From the NCBI GenBank assembly GCA_038043045.1, contig JBBTCX010000166.1, positions 1-58,871 of the forward strand: 58,871 nucleotides of DNA. The letters run 5' to 3'. A program made the translations under genes and the position numbers. The first letter of the stretch is position 1. The number at the start of each line of letters is the position of its first letter. Shown here piece after piece: positions 29,500-36,692 of the stretch. The stretch is from Planctomycetota bacterium (GTDB lineage Bacteria > Planctomycetota > Phycisphaerae > UBA1845). The notes beneath the pieces are model-generated. The model was not told the DNA's origin. It did not search any database and worked only from the letters and a program-made list of their open reading frames with translations.

Positions 29500-31500
29500 C
29501 TACGGACATGGACCCTGAGGCAGCGGCGACCCGATCATGCGAGAATAAGTTCCCGCGCCATTGAGCAAGTCCAACAGGCGAAGAAGATCGAGCGCGTTCG
29601 TTACTCCGCTGTGATCCATATCAAGCTGGTAGAGTGTGGCACTTGAACACGTTTGGGTGTGCGAAAATTGCTCCATGCAATCGACAGCCACGATGACATC
29701 GAGGGCATTAACGACGGAATCACCGTTTACATTTCCGGAATGAAAAATAAACGTGCCCTCGGATCCATCTCCTTCGTAGGTCAGGGTAGTCGCCGCCGAA
29801 GGAGTAATCGCACGGTCAAGTATAATCGTGTAGATGCCCAGTGGTCCTTCAAACACAGCCGCAATACCGTTAGCAAATCCATCGACGCGGGTCTCGCATA
29901 GCGTGAAGCATTCATCGTCCGCGCCTGACGGAGCTTGGACCGTGAGCACTTGGATTCCTTGTCGCGGAACGAAATCCACAATAGGGTGTGGTTGGCGAGC
30001 ATCGATGACGCCGTCCGGCGGATCCATGAAGATCACGCCACCTTTCTGTGGACAAAAAGGAGCGCGGCATGGCGGTTCAAATGGATCTGGCGTGCAAGCG
30101 CGATTAAAGGACCATCTGCCGGAGCATTGGTTTCGCAATTCGTCGTCGCTGCATTGGAACAAATCGCCGTCGCAGCAGGCCCCGCGCGCGGATTCACCGT
30201 AGCAAAAAACTCGTGATCGGAAGCTCCCGGCCGGGGTGCATCCGGTGCCGCCAGGGCAATTGGTCGGGGAAAATCCTCCAAAGTTTAGACCAGGCTCCCA
30301 TGTCCCCGTGTTTCGGGCATAGCCATCTTCGCTGGAGCCGACTTCTCCAAGACCGGCGGTCACCGGCCCCGAACTTCCCGTTGTCGTGGAAACCACGATC
30401 CAGAATTTAGCGGGAAGGACGGTCCCAGAGGGAAACGTCGGAGTGGCCAAGCGCTGGGTGTGCTGGTCGGACTGAATTCCGGCAAACGCCGCACGTGTTC
30501 CGGGAATGGGTAGAGCGGGTCGGTCGTCGATGGAGATGACGCCGTCTGGTCCCGGATCGTTTGTCCAAAGCTCTAATGTGGCACCGAATGAGGGCGTGCC
30601 GAGAGTTCCGGTGACCGACAACTCGTACTGGGCCAATTCGCAAGGGAGGGCCCCGGTGGAAAGACGAATATCGTCCGCGACTTGCGTGCTGAAAACGATG
30701 GGAAGAAAAGTACCGGTAAGAAAACGATTGTCGAAACCGAGATAGGTTGGCTCGCACGGATTCGGCGAACACGTGCTCCCGGTTCCTCGCCAAATTCCGG
30801 AACATTCGGATTCCGAGATCTCTTGACATGCTTCGTCGTTGCAGCACGCCCCTTTTGGTGGCGGTGGCAAATCGCATTCGAGCGTTGCCCAGAATCCGGA
30901 ATAAGGAAACGGAGGGCCCGGTCCGAAAAAGAAAAGGGAACACAGATTCGTAGCCGTACGCTCTAATGAAAAGAAATTGCCGGTGTGTCCGGTTTCGGCT
31001 TCTTCCGCGATGACCCAGCCGCTGGTGCTTGTGGAAAAGCCCACGCGCATCCAAACGATACCGGGAACGACTACCGGGTCGGTGAAGGATTGCCTAAGCG
31101 TCTGAGGTGAACCATTGGCCGGAAGGTCGGGCCAGTCTGATTCCGTTCCCGTGATCAGAACTCCGCCATTGCACGGGTCGCCATTCCACAGTTCCACATG
31201 TACGTCAAACATCCCGCCGCCGGTGCCCGCAACCAACAACTCGTAGGAGACCATTTCGCAACCGAACGGCTCTGTCGTGGTCAGATCGTCCGAAAGTATA
31301 ACTCCGAGTCCAGGAGCGCTAAAAAGTCCAGCGAATGTACGGGTATTCTCGTATACGATCGTACCGTTAAGAGTGCCGGCGATGACGGGTGTGGGTGCAT
31401 GACGGTATTCGCCGGTCGAAAGGGTGATCGCATCCTGTGCGATGCCATCGGCACAAATCATGGCGCAAAGCGCATGGAATAAGCATCGTCGGATATCCAA
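29500..31500 (-). CDS. Secreted Cys-rich repeat protein with a C-terminal dockerin-like module
   Basis: TTG start with GAGGGG upstream. Two internal units (SDDLTTTEPFGCEMVSYELLVAGT and ADDIRLSTGALPCELAQYELSVTGT) are each followed by a GACC...C...C motif. Tail GNVNGDSVVNALD...DMDHSGVTNALD. Confidence 0.8.
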   Translation of the reverse strand: MDIRRCLFHALCAMICADGIAQDAITLSTGEYRHAPTPVIAGTLNGTIVYENTRTFAGLFSAPGLGVILSDDLTTTEPFGCEMVSYELLVAGTGGGMFDVHVELWNGDPCNGGVLITGTESDWPDLPANGSPQTLRQSFTDPVVVPGIVWMRVGFSTSTSGWVIAEEAETGHTGNFFSLERTATNLCSLFFFGPGPPFPYSGFWATLECDLPPPPKGACCNDEACQEISESECSGIWRGTGSTCSPNPCEPTYLGFDNRFLTGTFLPIVFSTQVADDIRLSTGALPCELAQYELSVTGTLGTPSFGATLELWTNDPGPDGVISIDDRPALPIPGTRAAFAGIQSDQHTQRLATPTFPSGTVLPAKFWIVVSTTTGSSGPVTAGLGEVGSSEDGYARNTGTWEPGLNFGGFSPTNCPGGTGCTPAGSFRSRVFCYGESARGACCDGDLFQCSDDELRNQCSGRWSFNRACTPDPFEPPCRAPFCPQKGGVIFMDPPDGVIDARQPHPIVDFVPRQGIQVLTVQAPSGADDECFTLCETRVDGFANGIAAVFEGPLGIYTIILDRAITPSAATTLTYEGDGSEGTFIFHSGNVNGDSVVNALDVIVAVDCMEQFSHTQTCSSATLYQLDMDHSGVTNALDLLRLLDLLNGAGTYSRMIGSPLPQGPCP

Positions 31501-31694
31501 AGCTTGTTCCCCCTCGCGTCCACGACTCGCCCTATGTTGGCAACAACCCCACCCCGGCGGATGTTCCCACGGGCCAGCGCCAAACCGGCAGGACTCCTTG
31601 AGTTATCGTACGCTGTGAGTTGTTTGGAAACAAGGTCCGATAGGATGTTCGGGACACTCACAAAATACTTAAGAATGGAAAATGGACCACGGGG

Positions 31695-31722
31695 TTGACA
31701 GTTTCAAGTTTTTGAGTACGCT
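31695..31722 (+). promoter_or_regulatory. Sigma70 promoter for the protease-lipoprotein locus
   Basis: TTGACA (31695-31700), 16 nt, TACGCT (31717-31722). SD GGAG at 31756-31759 precedes ATG 31768. Confidence 0.55.
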
Positions 31723-31767
31723 TCCCGGCGTTACCCGTTTCGAAGTCCTTTTCTTGGAGAAGCTCAC

Positions 31768-32958
31768 ATGAAAACTCTGTTTTGGTCTTTGGTCTTGTTA
31801 TCACAAGTTCAGCCCGGACCCGTTTGGACGGGTTCAAGTGCGCCGCAGCGGAACCCTTATGGCCCGGTCGACATGGATGATGGGGGGCAGGGCACGGCGG
31901 ACCCTTATTGGCGCTTGATGACGCTTGCGGATTTTCTGGATACGGCGGAGGAAGAGTTGACCGCGACTGGAGTTGGCGAACCATTCGGGGTGAGTATGCG
32001 ACTTTCGGAGCCGACCGTTCAGTCGGGGTTGCCTATTTCGTCGGCGTTCGCGTTTGTGACGCTTTCCGTTCCCGGTGCGGATATCGGATCGGGAGAGCTT
32101 TCCATCGTGGCCAATTCGGATACCGGCGTAGTGAACTTCAGAATGGAGATCGTCGAGTTCGATGCGGTTCGGATTCTGGACCTTGATGTGACACTTTCCG
32201 GCGGCGTACTTTTGGAATGGGGAACGCTGAGCGTGGATACGGGTGCGACAACGACGACGTACTCCGGCGGGTGGGTGTATACGCACGCGGATGGCTTGTC
32301 GACGCACCCGGATTCGGATGAGGGGTTTCATGATGAAGCGGCGGTGATGTTTCATGTGATTCTGCCGGAGCCGGAGCGAAAAGGGAGGAGTCTGCGAGCG
32401 CCGCCGTTGCTCAGTACGATCTTCGCACACATTGGCAACATTGCCTCGCACTTGGTTGTATCAATCATCGACGCTTTTCGCCCCTACACCGCGCCGACTT
32501 CCTGTTCGGGGCCGATCGTCTATAACGGGGCTGGGCAAAGCTGCGAAAATGCGTTTCCCTGCTTAACCATACTGGAGGATCTCTGCCTAAAAATTGACGA
32601 GATTCCCGATGTTTCGGTAGCGTTCAAGAAGTGCATGAAGGGTCGATGCGGCTGCGGCGGGTCCAGCCATAGACGATTGCGGATTTCGTGTGACGATGCA
32701 AGCGATTGCGGGTCCTGCGGATCTGTCCCCGGTTGCAGCAACTTCGGCGCAACGATTTGGTATTGCGAGAACAACAATCTCGAGTGCCGATGTGCCGGAA
32801 TTGTGTTTCACGAAATGACACATTCTTGCGGCATAGGTCATTCGTTGGAGTACACTTTGAATCCGGATTGTGATATTCCCAATGACTCCGCGTGCCAGAT
32901 TGGTGAGATGTTCGAAGACGAATGCATAGCTGCGTCCCCCAATTTCGAGGAGCCATGA
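31768..32958 (+). CDS. Secreted protein with a Cys-rich C-terminal zinc-metallopeptidase-like domain
   Basis: Signal-like N-terminus. HEMTHSCGIGH (HExxHxxGxxH) at 32809-32841. 18 Cys in the last ~155 aa. Confidence 0.75.
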   Translation: MKTLFWSLVLLSQVQPGPVWTGSSAPQRNPYGPVDMDDGGQGTADPYWRLMTLADFLDTAEEELTATGVGEPFGVSMRLSEPTVQSGLPISSAFAFVTLSVPGADIGSGELSIVANSDTGVVNFRMEIVEFDAVRILDLDVTLSGGVLLEWGTLSVDTGATTTTYSGGWVYTHADGLSTHPDSDEGFHDEAAVMFHVILPEPERKGRSLRAPPLLSTIFAHIGNIASHLVVSIIDAFRPYTAPTSCSGPIVYNGAGQSCENAFPCLTILEDLCLKIDEIPDVSVAFKKCMKGRCGCGGSSHRRLRISCDDASDCGSCGSVPGCSNFGATIWYCENNNLECRCAGIVFHEMTHSCGIGHSLEYTLNPDCDIPNDSACQIGEMFEDECIAASPNFEEP

Positions 32959-33447
32959 ATGAAGTCGATCGTAAATGAGAATTGCCTAAATTGGGGCATG
33001 TACTGTTTGATATTTCCGCCGTTTTGCTTTTTGCTCGGGAATTTCAGTTGTCTTCCAGGAGATTGTGCGGATTATTTGAACGTCCAAGGGGTTGTGTTCG
33101 ATGGCGCCTCGGAGACGCCGCTAGTTGGAGCCTTTTTAGGCGGACGGGCATTCACGGCAGGATTGGAGACCGATTTTATTGCTGCGGTGATTTCTGACGG
33201 TGGCCCGAACGGACCGCCCTCCGATGAAAATGGACGATTTCTGTTGCCATTTTGGACTGGGCTGGGTAGGTGCCAGCCTTTCCCCGATTTCCCATTTCCA
33301 GATCTGGTGGAGATCATCGTTGTGCGAGATGGATGCGAACAGCGGTTCATGATTGATATCAATGAAGAAACCGTGGTTGACTTATCCGCGCCGAACGACA
33401 CCCTGCAACTTCGGGAGCCGATTCGCGTACCGGCGTGTCCGGGATAG
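32959..33447 (+). CDS. Array lipoprotein-like paralogue L1
   Basis: Abuts the protease stop, with SD GAGGAG inside the protease 3' end. Hydrophobic segment then FSC. Shares GAFLGG, DGGPNGPPSD and EIIVVRDGCEQRFMIDINEETVVDLS...LQLREPIRVPACP with L2 and L4. Confidence 0.8.
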   Translation: MKSIVNENCLNWGMYCLIFPPFCFLLGNFSCLPGDCADYLNVQGVVFDGASETPLVGAFLGGRAFTAGLETDFIAAVISDGGPNGPPSDENGRFLLPFWTGLGRCQPFPDFPFPDLVEIIVVRDGCEQRFMIDINEETVVDLSAPNDTLQLREPIRVPACPG

Positions 33448-33451
33448 GAGG

Positions 33452-33520
33452 CCGGATGGAACCGGGGATTGGTTTCAAGCAGAGTGTTTTGCTTCTTCGC
33501 CATCGCCTGAGGAGCCCTAG
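33452..33520 (+). pseudogene. Orphan copy 1 of the protease C-terminal tail
   Basis: Translates PDGTGDWFQAECFASSPSPEEP*, compared with the protease end PNDSACQIGEMFEDECIAASPNFEEP*. Carries the GAGGAG SD for L2. Confidence 0.75.
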
Positions 33521-33523
33521 AGA

Positions 33524-34009
33524 ATGAGTAGCAGTAAAAAAACAAAATCATTTCGCTCGAAGTTTTGTCTCCTCGGATTTACCCTGCTTTTGTGTTTGTT
33601 TGGAGCGAGCTGTGGGCCTTTGGGGCATTGCGAAGATTTTTTGTATGTGGAGGGGTTGCTGTTGGATGAGTCCTCGGGAGCGCCGATTGCGGGAGCGTTC
33701 CTGGGTGGAACAGCATTTACCGGAGGCGTGGAAACTGATTCCTACCCACCCGTGATCTTTGATGGAGGACCCAACGGGCCACCCTCTGACGCGCAGGGTC
33801 GATTTCGAATCGAGTTTGGAATTATCTTGGGTGGGTGCAATCCTCCGCCGGTGTTTCCAATGCCCGACCAAGTTGAAATTGTCGTCGTGCGCGATGGATG
33901 CGAACAGCGGTTTATGATCGACATCAACGAGGAAACCGTCGTCGACTTATCCGCGCCAGATGACATCTTGCAACTTCGAGAGCCGATTCGTGTGCCGGCT
34001 TGTCCCTGA
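33524..34009 (+). CDS. Array lipoprotein-like paralogue L2
   Basis: Basic N-region, hydrophobic core and LFGASC, with the same conserved blocks as L1 and L4. Confidence 0.85.
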   Translation: MSSSKKTKSFRSKFCLLGFTLLLCLFGASCGPLGHCEDFLYVEGLLLDESSGAPIAGAFLGGTAFTGGVETDSYPPVIFDGGPNGPPSDAQGRFRIEFGIILGGCNPPPVFPMPDQVEIVVVRDGCEQRFMIDINEETVVDLSAPDDILQLREPIRVPACP

Positions 34010-34085
34010 TGGGAAAGGGTGCGAGATTGGGGACAGGTTTCAGGATGAATGCGTAATTAGTTTACCCAATACGCCGGTTCCTTGA
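34005..34085 (+). pseudogene. Orphan copy 2 of the protease C-terminal tail
   Basis: Translates PDGKGCEIGDRFQDECVISLPNTPVP*. Same length (26 codons plus stop) as the protease segment at 32878-32958. Confidence 0.8.
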
Positions 34086-34568
34086 TTGCGGCAACGGAGT
34101 GTCATTTCCATGAAGCAGTTATTATTATTCCATCAGGCTGGGCTAACAGCCCGCGTTGCCGCACTCTTGGGGGGTGTCTGCTTTTTTCTGTTGAATAGCA
34201 CATGTATCCACCGCGATTGTTTTCCGTACCTGAATCTGCGGGGGCAAGTGCTGGACGCGGAAACCCAAAACCCTTTGTCCGAGGTAACAATTCGCGGGCG
34301 ATCGCTGAATGACGGTCAGTTGCCGCTTGGGTTTTACACCGAAGACATGCAAACGGTTGTTAATGGCACATTCCTTGTGAGTTTTGACGATGAACGAGGA
34401 ATTTGTGAACCATTTCCTATTCCGGATCAAGTGGAAATCACAGTTGTTCTAAGCACTTGCGATCGCGTGTTCTTGATAGAAGTGAACGCGGACACATTCG
34501 TCGACCCGACGTTTCCAATGATGGAGGGCGAGTTGCGCGAGTCCATTCTCGTTCCGCCGTGTCCCTGA
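34086..34568 (+). CDS. Array lipoprotein-like paralogue L3 (most diverged)
   Basis: Hydrophobic segment then NSTC. Keeps all Cys, GQVLDAETQNPL, PDQVEITVV and LRESILVPPCP. Start is TTG 34086 or ATG 34110. Confidence 0.75.
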   Translation: MRQRSVISMKQLLLFHQAGLTARVAALLGGVCFFLLNSTCIHRDCFPYLNLRGQVLDAETQNPLSEVTIRGRSLNDGQLPLGFYTEDMQTVVNGTFLVSFDDERGICEPFPIPDQVEITVVLSTCDRVFLIEVNADTFVDPTFPMMEGELRESILVPPCP

Positions 34569-34635
34569 TGGGAAGGCGTGCGAGATTGGGAACTGGTTTG
34601 AGGATGAATGTATCCTGGTCGAGCCGATACCATGA
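34564..34635 (+). pseudogene. Orphan copy 3 of the protease C-terminal tail
   Basis: Translates PDGKACEIGNWFEDECILVEPIP*. Confidence 0.8.
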
Positions 34636-34659
34636 TGCAAGTGGTCAAATAGTGACCGT

Positions 34660-35196
34660 ATGTGTCAATTGGAAGTGCCAAGGAGCGCAAGTGCTTTGGA
34701 ATTGTTGAAGATGAACATGAGATTTCGCGAACGACATGCGGATTCGTTTGCGGCCATCGAGTTGGCCGTCGTTGCGGTTTGGCTGGTCGGGTTAAGCGGA
34801 TGCATTTATGCACATTGTAGCGATTTTCTGTATTTGGACGGGATGCTTTTAGATGGGTCCGCCGGAGAGCCGATTGAAGGCGCCTTCTTAGGTGGAACGT
34901 CGTTTACCGGAGGAGAGGAAACTTACTCTTTCCCGGCCGTGATCTTTGATGGCGGACCTGACCAGCCACCCTCTGACGTTCAAGGTCGGTTTCTTCTGGA
35001 GTTTTCTTCTGATCTTGGCGGGTGCGATCCGCCGCCGGAGTTTCTGATGCCGGATCAGATAGAGATCGTCGTCGTGCGGGATGGGTGTGAACAGCGGTTC
35101 ATGATCGACATCAACGAAGAAACCGTGGTCGATCTTTCTCCGCCGAATGACACTCTGCAACTTCGGGAGCCGATTCGCGTGCCGGCGTGTCCGTAG
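34660..35196 (+). CDS. Array lipoprotein paralogue L4
   Basis: Canonical lipobox LSGC and the same conserved blocks as L1 and L2. Start may be ATG 34711 or 34717. Confidence 0.82.
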   Translation: MCQLEVPRSASALELLKMNMRFRERHADSFAAIELAVVAVWLVGLSGCIYAHCSDFLYLDGMLLDGSAGEPIEGAFLGGTSFTGGEETYSFPAVIFDGGPDQPPSDVQGRFLLEFSSDLGGCDPPPEFLMPDQIEIVVVRDGCEQRFMIDINEETVVDLSPPNDTLQLREPIRVPACP

Positions 35197-35270
35197 CAGC
35201 CATTTTTCTTGAATCCCGAATGCTACGCTGTTCTTGCGGGATTAAGCATTCGCTTTAGCATCATTTGCCG

Positions 35271-36680
35271 ATGCTTGAGCGATTAAATGAAACGATTGTG
35301 GCGATTTCGTCCGCGCCGGGGCGTGGGCCGGTGGGGATCGTTCGACTCAGCGGGGCGAAGGCGATTGAAATAGTCGGCCGGTTTGCGCGGTTGGCGTCCG
35401 GGAAGCAGATCATTGAAGTGCCCGGTTCAAATCGAGTATCGGGCGAGGTGTTGATCGATGATGAAGCGTCGGTGCCGGCGGAATTTTTGGTTTGGCGTGG
35501 GCCTCGAAGTTATACGCGGGAGGATGTCGTCGAGATTCATACGATCGGTTCGCCGCCGTTGTTGGAATTGATCCGGCAGCGAGCGGTGGAGTTGGGTGCG
35601 GTTGCGGCGCAGCCGGGTGAGTTTACGGCTCGGGCGTTTCTCAACGGGGCGATGGATCTTTCGAAGGCAGAGGCCGTCGCGGGATTGATTCGGGCACAGA
35701 GTGACACACAACTCCGCGCCGCGCACCGTATGATGGAGGGGCATCTTTCCGTGCGGGTGGCCGAGCTTCGGGACGCTCTCGCGGTAGTGTTGGCCCTTGT
35801 GGAAGCGGGGATCGATTTTGTGGATGAACCGATCGAGTTCATCCGAGCCGATGCCTTGTACGATGAGCTCGACCGGATTTCTCGACGCCTTTCTTCGATG
35901 ACCGCGGGTTCCGCGTCGGTGGAACGATTGACTACGCTACCGGTCATTCTACTCTTCGGTCGACCCAATGCAGGGAAGAGCACGTTGATGAATCGGTTGA
36001 GCGGCACGAGTCGGGCGATCGTCGCGGCCGTAGCGGGAACAACTCGAGATATCCTCTCCGCTCCGATTCAAATTGGAAAGGTGGAGGCGTTGCTTTTGGA
36101 CAGCGCGGGTGTGGATCAATCGCCGGAGGAGATCATCGCGGCCGCCCGGGAGATGACTCTGTCGACGGCGGAACATGCGGACCTGGTTTGCGCGGTCTTG
36201 AGTGCAGTGGAGGAATTGGAGGAGCAAACGCATATTCTAGAGACAGTGGCAGGCGCAAGGGTCGTGATTGCGTTGAATAAGATTGATGCAGTGTCACCGA
36301 ATGACGTTCAGTTATGCGTTTCGCGGCTTCAGGGTCAATTCCCTGGCGTCCAATGCATTTGCCCGATCAGTGCGAAAAACGGCGTAGGGTTGGATGAATT
36401 GCGGACAGCTTTGGCCGCCGGCATCGACGACAAAGGTCTGACCGTTTTGGGCGAGGCCTTGCTGATGACCGAAAGGCAGCGACAAGCCTTGGCGGATGCG
36501 TTGACCGCGCTCCAACGAGCAGTTGGGCTCGTCACCTTTGCCACCGATGTCAACGCTCAGGCGGAGCTTCTTGCATTTGAACTGCGCGAAGCGGCGGAGT
36601 TCTTGGGTGTGATGATCGGAGCCGTGACGACAGAGGACTTGCTCGGTCAAATCTTCTCAAAATTCTGCATTGGAAAGTAA
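35271..36680 (+). CDS. mnmE: tRNA modification GTPase MnmE
   Basis: ETIVAISSAPGRGPVGIVRLSG, SYTREDVVEIH, PGEFTARAFLNG, GRPNAGKS, AGTTRD, DSAG, NKID and C-terminal IFSKFCIGK. Confidence 0.97.
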   Translation: MLERLNETIVAISSAPGRGPVGIVRLSGAKAIEIVGRFARLASGKQIIEVPGSNRVSGEVLIDDEASVPAEFLVWRGPRSYTREDVVEIHTIGSPPLLELIRQRAVELGAVAAQPGEFTARAFLNGAMDLSKAEAVAGLIRAQSDTQLRAAHRMMEGHLSVRVAELRDALAVVLALVEAGIDFVDEPIEFIRADALYDELDRISRRLSSMTAGSASVERLTTLPVILLFGRPNAGKSTLMNRLSGTSRAIVAAVAGTTRDILSAPIQIGKVEALLLDSAGVDQSPEEIIAAAREMTLSTAEHADLVCAVLSAVEELEEQTHILETVAGARVVIALNKIDAVSPNDVQLCVSRLQGQFPGVQCICPISAKNGVGLDELRTALAAGIDDKGLTVLGEALLMTERQRQALADALTALQRAVGLVTFATDVNAQAELLAFELREAAEFLGVMIGAVTTEDLLGQIFSKFCIGK

Positions 36681-36692
36681 CGCGAACCGTGT

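Noticed and set aside
15790-30030. Cellulosome interpretation of the dockerin-like tails
   Set aside because: No cohesin, scaffoldin or glycoside hydrolase carriers appear in the window. The carriers are proteases or unknown proteins.
33421-34635. Array junctions as CRISPR repeats or integron attC sites
   Set aside because: The period is about 560-630 bp with full genes in between. There are no cas or intI genes and no RYYYAAC/GTTRRRY-bounded palindromes.
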